59,634 bases of DNA from a virus (Duplodnaviria > Caudoviricetes), in IMG/VR virus record IMGVR_UViG_3300005326_000008, positions 1-59,634 of that record. One strand, 5' to 3'. Below, piece after piece: positions 25,518 to 35,284 of the stretch. The translations under genes were made by a program, and so were the position numbers. Under the pieces are notes generated by a model. The model was given only the letters and a program-made list of their open reading frames with translations, was not told where the DNA came from and did no database searches. Numbering within the stretch: the stretch's first letter is position 1; each line of letters starts with the position of its first letter.

Positions 25518-26803
25518 ATTTTCTCGTACTTGTAAATTTTCTCTAATACTCTTGGCATGTCTAAGACTACACCAGCCTTCTGATAATCTTTCAGTCTTCT
25601 GGCGAAATCGTCTTCGACTGTTAATCCAATATCATCCCAGACTATTGTTGGCACCTCAACCTTGAGTTTTCCTTGTGCGTCAACGAATGCGGGATTGGAC
25701 TTTAACAATGGTTTGAATAATTTCCTGCGTATTTCTTCAGTCACAGTCTTGATTATATCTTTTAATGTCAGAACATACAAATAAGATTGAACTTCTAAAG
25801 TAGACCTGTCAGTATTTGTACCTAACCCTGTTGCAAATGGCATAGGGATACCCATACCAGTAACCTGTTGTTCGGTAAAATAGTTCAAATCTTCTCTAAT
25901 ATCTTCGATTCCCTTAGGTTCTAATAACTGAATCTCGTTAAAATACTCGGTTACAACGCTGCTTTTATAGTCCATAGCTTCTAAAATCTTCAATAATTTG
26001 TTAGCAGCAGCAGGAGTTGGAGGGTGTTTTTCGTCACCAACTTTACCAACTTTGACTGGAAAACCGACTCTATAGACTGAATTGGCCATAGCTTCTTCCA
26101 TATTTAGCTTTCGTAATGAAGATTTATATGTAGGTTCAACTAATCCAATAGGATAAAACTTGTCTCCAGCAGAATATAATTTGATTAGGCCTATCTTGTA
26201 AGTAGGAAAGAACAATTGATTTGGTGATAGACTTACTCCCTTAGGTGTTGGATATTTTTTTAAGTAAGTAGGAATGTATGCAGAGTATTCTAAACATTGG
26301 ACGAATCCAACAGGATTACCATAAACATCTAATACAACCTTGCCTTCAGAATCTTTAGCATAATCCATAGTATCTGTATCTATCTTCTGCCAGTCCATGA
26401 TTATATTACCACGAGTGTTCCAAATAATCTCGTTCCAATCCCAACCATAAAGTATAGTGTTATGGAAAGTCATCCCGAGGAACTCTTCCCAACCGATGTC
26501 TGAACCAGACTTGCCGAGATTAGAAATAAATCTTTTAACATACTCAACAGCAGATGCATCAGTTCCTTCAATTCTATTATCTCTGTTCATGATAGTCTGA
26601 CGCATTTTGTTCACACCATTAAATGCAATCCTATCATGCAAATAACATGCGGTCAATTCTTTTTGTGAAGCTCTTGGCATCTTTGGTGTTTGATTTTGTG
26701 AAGTAATAGTCACACCTTTCTCTTCTTGCGAAACAGAAATGTCTTCTTGTTTAGTTAATTCTTGAATCTGGTTGAAACCTAATAAATCTGAAAAGGTCTT
26801 CAT
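25514..26803 (-). CDS. Portal protein
   Basis: 429 aa after TerL; ILYGWDWNEIIW, YPIGLVE, GMGIP motifs. Confidence 0.85.
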   Translation of the reverse strand: MKTFSDLLGFNQIQELTKQEDISVSQEEKGVTITSQNQTPKMPRASQKELTACYLHDRIAFNGVNKMRQTIMNRDNRIEGTDASAVEYVKRFISNLGKSGSDIGWEEFLGMTFHNTILYGWDWNEIIWNTRGNIIMDWQKIDTDTMDYAKDSEGKVVLDVYGNPVGFVQCLEYSAYIPTYLKKYPTPKGVSLSPNQLFFPTYKIGLIKLYSAGDKFYPIGLVEPTYKSSLRKLNMEEAMANSVYRVGFPVKVGKVGDEKHPPTPAAANKLLKILEAMDYKSSVVTEYFNEIQLLEPKGIEDIREDLNYFTEQQVTGMGIPMPFATGLGTNTDRSTLEVQSYLYVLTLKDIIKTVTEEIRRKLFKPLLKSNPAFVDAQGKLKVEVPTIVWDDIGLTVEDDFARRLKDYQKAGVVLDMPRVLEKIYKYEKI

Positions 26804-27102
26804 GCTTTATTACTCCTGAAAGATTTAATCCATGTGGGTAATTCAAATCTAACCAAGTATGCAAATAATCCTAATGAGAGTACGCGCAACAAAGTAATGT
26901 GTATCCCAAAGAATCCTCTGAGGATAATGTTCATAATTAATCCTGCTCCGAAAATAAATAGTAAATTTACAGCAAGCTCTTTAACAATGGGTTTGCTTAA
27001 AAATGTTTTTAGTTTTGTGTTGAACTCTACGAGTTTTGTCTTGATTGTTGTTAAGAATTTATTTATCTTGTGCTTGGTCTTTGGATTCATACTTATCACC
27101 AC
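26800..27102 (-). CDS. Two-TM membrane protein
   Basis: Two hydrophobic helices; upstream TATA (AAAAGATTTAAATA). Confidence 0.6.
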   Translation of the reverse strand: MVISMNPKTKHKINKFLTTIKTKLVEFNTKLKTFLSKPIVKELAVNLLFIFGAGLIMNIILRGFFGIHITLLRVLSLGLFAYLVRFELPTWIKSFRSNKA

Positions 27103-27145
27103 TTTCAGTGTTACTTAGGTACAACAACTATTTAAATCTTTTTAT

Positions 27146-28567
27146 TCAGATTGGCCAACCATCACTGTCACCATCAGCATAGTCTACATAATCTTTTGCG
27201 GCATTTACTGCAATAGCTAAAGCAATAACCGCATCATCATGGTCAGCACTACAATCAAATGAATACATACCACTAGGAGTTTTTGTCTCCTTGAATGAGA
27301 ACATCTCGCTAATCAATCTCTCTATTATGTTCCAAGTCTTTTCATCTGCCCTATTATAAGGTATACTTATCTTTCGTTGGTTGATATAAGTCACTAGAGA
27401 CATTAACATAGACCTACGATTTGCAGCTTGGAATGTCTGACCTACCACTGGAAGGCCTGCAGAGATTAATCGTTCCATAATAGCCGCACCAATACCACTC
27501 TCATCTACACTAATTACTTCCAAATTAGGATAACTCTTAGCCATAGATACTAGCCTTCTGACCTTTTCTTCGATTGGAACGCCTCTATCCCTATAACCAT
27601 CTAAGATATAAATATGAGTTCCAACCTTTTTTATCACCCAATAAACGTCATAGTCTGCTCTATCTCCAGTACTAATAGCAAAATCCGCGCCAATTACTAC
27701 GATTCCATCATCAGATTTGACCTTTCCAAGAGAAGAGTTGGGGTCTACACATGACATTACATCCTCTGGAGCAAAGATTCCATTCTCTATCATAGCCTTT
27801 GGATTACACATATACTCTCTTTCGAACCTAGCTTTACCCAGTTCTCTACGTAATTTTTCTACTTTATCCTTGGCAAAAGCCTCTGGCCAAGTAGGGTTGC
27901 CTTGTTCATCAAGCACTGCATACGTTTTACCTATGTATTCTTCGTTCTTTTGTAGTTCCTGCATTAAATCTGATGGGTCCTCTGGAGTAGATATTGCCAC
28001 GACAGTACCATTCTTTCTAGCTACCCTTGTTACAACAAACCTGTACCAGATATCTTTATCTTCATAAGAAGCAACCTCATCACCCAATAAATAGTTTACA
28101 TGGATACCTTTGATAGAATCATTGTAAGGTCTGACATAAAACTTTCTACCGCCACTAAGTTCGATATGAGCATCATTAACACTTCTACTAAACCATCTCC
28201 TACCAGCACGTTTATTCTCTGGAACCATTTGCATTAATAGTTCGTTATCTTCAATCACACTTGCAATAGTCTCAAGATGAATCAATGCCTGAGCCATAGT
28301 CTTGGATACGATTACTACCTGAAACTTAGGATTATGGTACAATAACCAAAGAGGATAAATTACACCCAGCGTGTAAGATTTCCCTGAGCCTGTAAAACTC
28401 TGGATAGCAAGCCTCTTATTCTTTCTAACCAAATCAAACCATTCTTTGTGGTAAGGTTTAACTTCAGCACCGACTACTTTCTCAGCCCAGAATGTAATGC
28501 TAGAAGCACAAGCTATAGAAAACTCAATATCACTCATATTCCCTTTCATTTCTTTTATTGTTCTCAT
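27146..28567 (-). CDS. terL: Terminase large subunit
   Basis: Walker A FTGSGKS, Walker B LLGDE, ISTP, nuclease IGADFA, VDESGIG, HDDAVIALAIA. Confidence 0.95.
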   Translation of the reverse strand: MRTIKEMKGNMSDIEFSIACASSITFWAEKVVGAEVKPYHKEWFDLVRKNKRLAIQSFTGSGKSYTLGVIYPLWLLYHNPKFQVVIVSKTMAQALIHLETIASVIEDNELLMQMVPENKRAGRRWFSRSVNDAHIELSGGRKFYVRPYNDSIKGIHVNYLLGDEVASYEDKDIWYRFVVTRVARKNGTVVAISTPEDPSDLMQELQKNEEYIGKTYAVLDEQGNPTWPEAFAKDKVEKLRRELGKARFEREYMCNPKAMIENGIFAPEDVMSCVDPNSSLGKVKSDDGIVVIGADFAISTGDRADYDVYWVIKKVGTHIYILDGYRDRGVPIEEKVRRLVSMAKSYPNLEVISVDESGIGAAIMERLISAGLPVVGQTFQAANRRSMLMSLVTYINQRKISIPYNRADEKTWNIIERLISEMFSFKETKTPSGMYSFDCSADHDDAVIALAIAVNAAKDYVDYADGDSDGWPI

Positions 28568-28752
28568 CGTCCTGTGATTAGTTTCTTTGCACGTTCATAT
28601 AACCCTACGTCTACTAGTTTTTTCTTGTTAACTTTGTCAATAAAATTAGAACCACATTTCTGGCAATGGAGATATTCGAAACCCATAGTTACTTGTACAC
28701 ATTCGTACATCTCACATTCTCCACAATCCGGGCAGACATGTAATCCAATCAT
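28564..28752 (-). CDS. Zinc-ribbon protein
   Basis: CPDC...CQKC. Confidence 0.65.
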   Translation of the reverse strand: MIGLHVCPDCGECEMYECVQVTMGFEYLHCQKCGSNFIDKVNKKKLVDVGLYERAKKLITGR

Positions 28753-29477
28753 TTGTTTAATGCTGCGAATATTTCTTCGCGAATGTTTTGGTTGTTCCTG
28801 AACAGAGCATGTATCTTCTCGTTAGTTGTCTGGTGAGGATGACGTCTGTATCTAGAAGTAATCTTGTCAGCTTTGATGAACTTAACTTTGTTCACTAACG
28901 CGGTCTTTAGTATGTGATGAAGGTCTTCTCCAAGTTTATACTTCTCGCTGAAATTGTTAGCGCGCCAAGTGTCGATATCGGAAAATATTGTACCATACAT
29001 TACAAACATATCATTCCTGTTCGCGTAGTTAAGTACAGCTATCCTGAAGTCGGAATCATCTTCGAATACCGGTGCAGTAAATACACCCAATATGTTTCCA
29101 TTTGGGTCGATATTATAATAGTCTGCGTACACGAAACAACCAACCTTGTAAGCTCGAAGCCAAATGTCTACAGCATCAGGTTCTAATAAATCATCATCAC
29201 TACAAAAAGCAAGGAATAGTCCGGAGGCATTGTCTACCAAAGTCTTCCGACCAAACCCGATACCCTTTCTCTCTGGTTCGATTATTAATCTAACCCTTGG
29301 ATTAAATTGGTATTTGAAGTTTAGTGAAGCTAGTTCGTCTTCAGAAACTCCGTCACAGAAAACTAACACTTCAGTATTCTTATAAGTCTGATTCAGGCAA
29401 CTGTCTATTGATTGAAATAAATAATCGTTTACTCTACAAGTAGGTATGCCTATCGTGACTAGTGCTTGCTCTTCCAT
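28749..29477 (-). CDS. Glycosyltransferase family 2 (GT-A)
   Basis: VTIGIPT, SCLNQTY, FCDG, SDDD, GED, YRRH. Confidence 0.9.
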   Translation of the reverse strand: MEEQALVTIGIPTCRVNDYLFQSIDSCLNQTYKNTEVLVFCDGVSEDELASLNFKYQFNPRVRLIIEPERKGIGFGRKTLVDNASGLFLAFCSDDDLLEPDAVDIWLRAYKVGCFVYADYYNIDPNGNILGVFTAPVFEDDSDFRIAVLNYANRNDMFVMYGTIFSDIDTWRANNFSEKYKLGEDLHHILKTALVNKVKFIKADKITSRYRRHPHQTTNEKIHALFRNNQNIREEIFAALNK

Positions 29478-29484
29478 GTTACAC

Positions 29485-30468
29485 CTATAAGAACTCTTTA
29501 TGTTTAAGTTCTGATACCAACGATTCTAATAACTTGTTGTAGTTAGTGTAATAACATTTGACACATTTGTTCCCAGCAGCCATAGGGTTCCTAGAGCTAA
29601 GCAAATCATAATTACGCCAGTGGCCTAAGCTTAGTTCCTGAGGTAAATCTCTGCTCGGTGTCTCAAACGCGTACTGGACTCCGCAGCATGCGTACATTAC
29701 TCCATCTGGGCCTATTAATGGTTTCAAAAATGCAATCCTACAATCCATACCTCTCTCGTAATCTTTACGTTCTTGGTAGATTACACGACTATCACTGACA
29801 CCGTTATCTTTCAAATATGCCTTGATAGGTTTGAAATCAATATTTTGTGGTTCGAACAAATCCGCTACAAGTCGTACATGAGTGAAATTAAACTCGTTAG
29901 CAAACTTAACTACCCTAGCAATCTCTTCCAAGTTAGGTTTCTTGGTCACAACATGACTGAACGCCCAGTCTACATCAGGCATACTCTCCACTGCAGTAGC
30001 AAGTCTATCAACATAAGGTTCTTGGAATGACCTGTGGTCACCATTAGAAATCCTGAACCAAGTTAATTTATTTCCAACTTTAGGATTTAATTTCTGGATT
30101 GCCAGTCCGTTAGATACCAGACCTACTTGGATTCCCCTAGAAGTATATGCTTCAATCAATTCGTTGATATGCGGATAAATCAAAGGTTCACCACCACCAG
30201 TAATAGTAACTGCTTTGGTCCCAAGAGTTGCAAAGTAATCAATCATCTCCACAGCTTCTTCTATGTCCATCTCTAATGTCTTGTCTCGTTCACTACAACT
30301 ACAGAATGGACAATTCATATTACAATGGTTTGTTGGAATATGCTGGATATGTATTGGAGGAATGATTCCTTTTTTTGTTAGTTTGATTACGTCTTCGTCT
30401 AAGACAACTTTGATTGGAAAGTTATCTGCAGCCGTGAAAGAATTTCGTCTATCTACATCTTTTGTCAT
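29485..30468 (-). CDS. Radical SAM protein with SPASM/twitch-like Cys cluster
   Basis: CNMNCPFC, TGGGEP, SNG; C-terminal C..YACC..CVKC. Confidence 0.9.
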   Translation of the reverse strand: MTKDVDRRNSFTAADNFPIKVVLDEDVIKLTKKGIIPPIHIQHIPTNHCNMNCPFCSCSERDKTLEMDIEEAVEMIDYFATLGTKAVTITGGGEPLIYPHINELIEAYTSRGIQVGLVSNGLAIQKLNPKVGNKLTWFRISNGDHRSFQEPYVDRLATAVESMPDVDWAFSHVVTKKPNLEEIARVVKFANEFNFTHVRLVADLFEPQNIDFKPIKAYLKDNGVSDSRVIYQERKDYERGMDCRIAFLKPLIGPDGVMYACCGVQYAFETPSRDLPQELSLGHWRNYDLLSSRNPMAAGNKCVKCYYTNYNKLLESLVSELKHKEFL

Positions 30469-30529
30469 CTTTTCAACCTCTTCAAAATAATTATACTTAG
30501 TATATTCATTATCTTATATAAACCTTTCT

Positions 30530-30650
30530 AAAAAATTATTTTAGTGCCTTACCCTCTGGTCTGAGAGTAAGGACTTAATGTCGCGCAACGATTATTTATA
30601 TTTGTTAAATATTCTGTCTGTCAAACAGGATACCTGCTCCGCTAAGTGTA
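30530..30650 (-). ncRNA. Candidate sRNA B
   Basis: Own TATA (30673-30680), 10-bp terminal hairpin CCTTACTCTC/GAGGGTAAGG and a T-run; no convincing ORF. Confidence 0.45.
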
Positions 30651-30687
30651 ATCTTAATATAGCCCTAACTATTATTTAAATGTTTCT

Positions 30688-30795
30688 AAAAAAATGTCGC
30701 AGGAAAAGAGGATAGTCTAAAACCTGCGGTGCTTGCCGGGCCAGTAAGACTGGAAGGTGATTAACCCTAATGAACGTTTAGAATTATTTGCCCAT
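30688..30795 (-). ncRNA. Candidate sRNA A
   Basis: Own TATA (30820-30827), hairpins CCAGT/ACTGG and CGCAGG/CCTGCG, T7 run. Confidence 0.45.
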
Positions 30796-30828
30796 TTTAA
30801 AAATAAAAAGAATTACTAATATTTAAAC

Positions 30829-31095
30829 CTATCCCATGTAGTTGTCAGCTCTTGGTTTCTCTTTCTTTGGCGGCTCACCTTTAAACATAGTCTCGACTTT
30901 GTTAATCAAATCCATTTTAATCATCTCTTGGTGAGTCTGCCAAATATTATCTGCTTGGTATAATAGATGATGTAACTGCTGTCTGTCCCTATACAAGAAA
31001 TGAATATCATTATTGTACAAGAACGCTACAGCTGTTATACCTATCTTATCTAACTGCACATGTAACTTAGCCCAATCATCTTGTTTCTTTGGCAT
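30829..31095 (-). CDS. Hypothetical protein
   Basis: Likely start MPKKQDD after a GGAG RBS. Confidence 0.55.
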   Translation of the reverse strand: MPKKQDDWAKLHVQLDKIGITAVAFLYNNDIHFLYRDRQQLHHLLYQADNIWQTHQEMIKMDLINKVETMFKGEPPKKEKPRADNYMG

Positions 31096-31472
31096 TAGAC
31101 AACTCCAGTTATTATTGTAGACCCAGCGTAACATTCTGAGTTATATAATATAAAGTCATTATGATAACTTATTGTTACTGGAACTTTGTTCCTTGCTGCA
31201 ATCTCTAATCTCGTTTTTAGTTCTGGGTCGTTCACACAATAAATATCTTCTTGTGAGCTCTCAAGGTCTGTCTTGAAATAAACCAATGTGTCCGAATAAA
31301 TCATCCCTTCATTTCTTTCAACGGCTGTTACATAGCCTGTATGTTGTCCGTCAGTTACTCCAAAGCTGTGCATAAATAAACCCATCCCAAAGACACCAAC
31401 AAAGACACATAGTATGCCTATAAATATTAAGCCGACTATATCTTCTATTTCCATTTTTTCCTCCTTTCCCAA
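31095..31472 (-). CDS. Single-pass membrane protein
   Basis: N-terminal TM helix, then DGQHTGYVTAVE. Confidence 0.65.
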   Translation of the reverse strand: MGKEEKMEIEDIVGLIFIGILCVFVGVFGMGLFMHSFGVTDGQHTGYVTAVERNEGMIYSDTLVYFKTDLESSQEDIYCVNDPELKTRLEIAARNKVPVTISYHNDFILYNSECYAGSTIITGVV

Positions 31473-31592
31473 TCTATTCCTGCTATGACTCCCAAAAAGA
31501 ATACTAGGAGTATACCAATGAACTTAATTATATCCTCTATCATATATCTTACCTTCATTACCGTTTTCAACCAATTGGTTGATTTTCTTAAA

Positions 31593-31745
31593 CTACTTGG
31601 TTAACAAATCATCAAGCATGCGTCTGGTCCTAACCAGTTCCTCAGAGTCTCTCAATAAGATATTGATAGCTACCTCTGGTACTGGGTTAACTCTGTTCAG
31701 TCTCTCTAATGTACTCTTTTTGATGGTTATTCGTTGTGTATCCAT
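31593..31745 (-). CDS. Small RHH-like protein (50 aa)
   Basis: GGAGG RBS; MDTQRITIKKSTLERL. Confidence 0.5.
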   Translation of the reverse strand: MDTQRITIKKSTLERLNRVNPVPEVAINILLRDSEELVRTRRMLDDLLTK

Positions 31746-32226
31746 ATTTCCTCCATATCATTTGTATTCTGTAGCATATACTTAATTGCTAATTCGTTTG
31801 AATTTAATGGTTATAACCTTTAATTCCTGTGTTTAACTTTCATATTTACCTGTGTTCTGTAGTATATATTTTTTTGCTAATTCTGTGTTATACTGCATTT
31901 ATACCTTCTAATTCTCAATTCTACGAGATTTGTTAGCCTCGGCCTGTAACTTGTCCCTCATGTTCATAACATAATCTAACAGCTCTCTGTCTTGATAGTT
32001 CTCTACCTTACAGATTATCTTGTTAAGGATTCTAATAGTCCTGTCTGCCATAGGGATATCTTCTCTTTTCATTTTACTTAGTCTATATTCACTGTATAGG
32101 GTTCTTCAGGATATAACTCTGGTTCGTGGAATATGAATACTCTATCCTTGCCAAACTTGTGAATTAGCTCATTAGCATAATTCTCAGCATCTTCAACTGT
32201 TTTGAATACTGCAAATGTTGCACAGC

Positions 32227-32592
32227 TCATTTCCTCACCCCCTCGCCTTTCTTTAATATATCTAATAACTCTGGATTAGCGTCTTTCTCATCAATTATCT
32301 CAAACTCCTTTTTTAGTAAATTAATCTCTGTTTCCAACTGTTTAATCTTTTGATATGCCAAAGTTAATTCTTTTAGATTTGCTGAATATTGTTGATACAT
32401 CTTGTTATGGCTTATTTCCAACTGCTTAATCCTGTCCTGCTGTGCCTGTAATAATTTTTTAATTAACTCAAAATTTATACTTAAATGTTTTTTTGAAAGT
32501 AACTCACATTTGTTTGTTTTTAAGAAATCAATAATACTATTTATATTATCAATTTCGTCTTCAACTTCCCTGTCAAGTTCGTCACTTTTCAT
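32227..32592 (-). CDS. Coiled-coil hypothetical protein
   Basis: GAGGT RBS; heptad pattern. Confidence 0.6.
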   Translation of the reverse strand: MKSDELDREVEDEIDNINSIIDFLKTNKCELLSKKHLSINFELIKKLLQAQQDRIKQLEISHNKMYQQYSANLKELTLAYQKIKQLETEINLLKKEFEIIDEKDANPELLDILKKGEGVRK

Positions 32593-33296
32593 TTTAGATA
32601 CCTCTTGATTTCTTTATATTTGTATAAGCCATATTTATTTCAGACATTTTGTTACCAAATTCTTTTTTAGCTTCTTCGGATAATGCCATATCTGGATGGT
32701 ATGTCTTTGCTAATGTCTTAAATCTTTTCTCTACTTCATCATTACTTGCAAGACTATTTATTCCTAAAATCATATAATCTTTCTCTGAAACTGAATCTTG
32801 CATAGGTTTTGCTTCTTGAAATTCCGAATAGTTAGGTAATTCCAAATAAGCAATCATAGATTTTTCAAAGTCTTCTATTCCCATCAAATGAGACCTAACT
32901 TTATATTCCATTACTCTTGCAATGGCAAACATATTTAATCTGCAATTTCGTTGTCTTTTTGAAATAAATTGATAATCTTTTCCATTAAATTTAAACTTTA
33001 CAGATGCTACATTTGTTGGTGCATCATATCTTAAATCAATTAACATTCCAGAGATTTTTATTTTGCCTAACCATTCTCTAATTTCACTCATTGCATTAGT
33101 GATTGGTTTACTTGTGTTTAATTGCCCTATTTGTCCCATTTATTCCTCCTTTAAATCCTTCTAACCAAGCTTTTCTTGGTGTCATTTTGTCTATTAATTT
33201 TGAATAATTTGAATCAATATATCCTTTTGGGGTTTTTTTCAATAGTTTCAACTCTACTAAATTATTTAACACATCTTCAACTTCCCTGTCAAGTTC
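32558..33296. repeat. 23-bp direct repeat flanking the J-domain gene
   Basis: TCTTCAACTTCCCTGTCAAGTTC at 32558-32580 and 33274-33296. Confidence 0.85.
32594..33139 (-). CDS. J-domain (DnaJ-like) protein
   Basis: YMILGI..ASNDEVEKRFKTLAKTYHPD..EINMAY. Confidence 0.85.
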   Translation of the reverse strand: MGQIGQLNTSKPITNAMSEIREWLGKIKISGMLIDLRYDAPTNVASVKFKFNGKDYQFISKRQRNCRLNMFAIARVMEYKVRSHLMGIEDFEKSMIAYLELPNYSEFQEAKPMQDSVSEKDYMILGINSLASNDEVEKRFKTLAKTYHPDMALSEEAKKEFGNKMSEINMAYTNIKKSRGI

Positions 33297-33449
33297 TTCT
33301 GGTGTCATCTTACCTTCCCCTTTGCACATACAATTTCTGCAATAATAATCTTTCAACCAAGTTTTGGCTAATACCTTGTGTGGTATGAAAACAACCTGTT
33401 CTTCATAACAATTCATACATCTTGCAACATATTTGTATTTGGTTTTCAT
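33108..33449 (-). CDS. Zn-ribbon hypothetical protein (possibly a fusion of two small genes)
   Basis: CMNC/CRNC, then an internal MTPEELDREVED start. Confidence 0.5.
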   Translation of the reverse strand: MKTKYKYVARCMNCYEEQVVFIPHKVLAKTWLKDYYCRNCMCKGEGKMTPEELDREVEDVLNNLVELKLLKKTPKGYIDSNYSKLIDKMTPRKAWLEGFKGGINGTNRAIKHK

Positions 33450-33784
33450 TTTACTTTCTTCACCCCTACAAAACGCCCAAAGTTAAGGTAGTTGACGCCA
33501 ACGACATCGTAGTAGAAGTTGCCAAACGCCAAGGGGCGACCAAACTTCCATTTATCTGTTACATAATCCATCAGTTCTTTCTTCGTTAAATCTTTCACAA
33601 CGAACTTATTGTTCTTGATATACCCAAAGGTTCTACTATCAAAGTATTTATTTTTGTCAATCTTCCCTTCTTTCTTGAACTTCAAAACTTCGTTCAAAGT
33701 CAAGATAGTATATCCTTCGTCTAACGCTTTCTTGATACAATTCTTCATAGTATCATTTTTAAATATTTTGATTTCTGTTTTCAT
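33446..33784 (-). CDS. Putative DGR target-like protein with C-terminal variable region
   Basis: Ends GRPLAFGNFYYDVVGVNYLNFGRFVGV, encoded by NNC/NNT codons in a locally GC-rich patch. Confidence 0.6.
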   Translation of the reverse strand: MKTEIKIFKNDTMKNCIKKALDEGYTILTLNEVLKFKKEGKIDKNKYFDSRTFGYIKNNKFVVKDLTKKELMDYVTDKWKFGRPLAFGNFYYDVVGVNYLNFGRFVGVKKVK

Positions 33785-33933
33785 TTCCTCTCTCCTGAGC
33801 TTTGCTCTATGTAATCTCTGACTTTTTGAACTTCATTATTTCTCAATACTTCTTTGTAAAACTTACTTGTAGAAATTACTAATTCAATAGTTCTTAAATA
33901 CTTCAATGCTTCTTCTTTGCTGATGCTCATTTG

Positions 33934-34128
33934 TTAAACCTCTGGTTCTAATACCATTATTTTTATTAATTCTTCTGACAAAGACTTCTTTAACTCACGT
34001 AACTTCTTTCTAGCTTTATCAAAGTCATCTCCTATTGCTTCCTCTTCTTCTTTAGAGAATACTATTGTGCAATGTGCGACTAACGGCTCGTTTATTTTCT
34101 GCGTTACCGAATCTATATAGCATTTCAT
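33934..34128 (-). CDS. Hypothetical protein
   Basis: GGAGG RBS. Confidence 0.55.
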   Translation of the reverse strand: MKCYIDSVTQKINEPLVAHCTIVFSKEEEEAIGDDFDKARKKLRELKKSLSEELIKIMVLEPEV

Positions 34129-34264
34129 TTTCTAAACCTCCATTTAATCTCATCATAAATGTCAATTATTTCTCTGATGATTAATCCTATAACTAAGATT
34201 AACAGAGAACATAATAAACATATAACTAGAATAGCTATTGTAATGGTAAATATATTTACTTCTA

Positions 34265-34594
34265 TCATTCTAACTCACTCTCCTCTATTCCAAAGAAATG
34301 TTTAATGAAGTCGATAGTCATACCCTTTCCATATTCTCTTACTTCTTCAGGTATTGCTTCCGGCAATTTCATATCTTCATACTCTTTAATCCATTTGATT
34401 GCTTCTTGTCGTAAATCTTCTTTAAAGAATGATGTTTGATTTAAACAAACAGCATTATTTGGAATATTAAACCGTGTCCGACTATCTTCATATAAATCTT
34501 TCAATGTTTTTAGTTCAGTCTTTTTATTTATGTTATCCTGCTCATCAGGATAATATATATCTCCAATCGCTTTTGGAAATGGATGTTCTTTCAT
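34265..34594 (-). CDS. Hypothetical phage protein
   Basis: GAGGTG RBS; LKTLKDL..LRQEAIKWIK. Confidence 0.6.
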   Translation of the reverse strand: MKEHPFPKAIGDIYYPDEQDNINKKTELKTLKDLYEDSRTRFNIPNNAVCLNQTSFFKEDLRQEAIKWIKEYEDMKLPEAIPEEVREYGKGMTIDFIKHFFGIEESELE

Positions 34595-35037
34595 TTTAAC
34601 ACCTCTGCATTCAGACGCTTGACTTTAAACATTCCGCCACAAGTCTCACAGTAGTAATTGTAGTAAGTAGCTATACCGTTCAATGAAGGTAACTTGGTAC
34701 CTTCCAACATAATCTCGCCACACTCTGGACATTTCAGTTGTTTCATTTTTGTTCCTTTCGTTTGAAATAAATGTTAACCTGACCTTGCGTCAAATAGGTA
34801 AGTGTTATGTCATCCATTTCCCAACCATCTAATTCAAATGCCTTCAACGCATTGATTAGTTTGTAAACACTTTCGAAATCTGATTGTTTCATTTTCCATC
34901 AATTGCCATCACTGATAATCGGTATTTGACCAACTCTACTATTCCTACCGCTTGGACAGAATCATCAGTAGATTCCAGTACTATCATAGCTATCTTGTTG
35001 GCTAGTATGTTCGCATCCTCTGAAGTTTCTATCCTTT

Positions 35038-35277
35038 TCATTTTGGACCTGCCAGCCTAACCATTAGTTGGCCATATAATACCAAAGCTATTATTTGTTC
35101 GTTACCCTTGTATTTCTTGGTAATGTAATCTATACTCTTACTATGCGTATCAAAAGCTACGATACAGTTCAACAACTCTTTTCTCATCTCGTTAAACTTA
35201 TCATCAGGGATACCATAATAACTGCTCAGGGTACCAGTGTACTTTTCGTCTGACTGTTTTGTTTGTTTTGCTTTCAT
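35038..35277 (-). CDS. Hypothetical protein, first gene of the leftward arm
   Basis: GAGGAG RBS before ATG 35277. The longer ORF-track start lies within the structured leader. Confidence 0.55.
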   Translation of the reverse strand: MKAKQTKQSDEKYTGTLSSYYGIPDDKFNEMRKELLNCIVAFDTHSKSIDYITKKYKGNEQIIALVLYGQLMVRLAGPK

Positions 35278-35284
35278 TCTTGCT

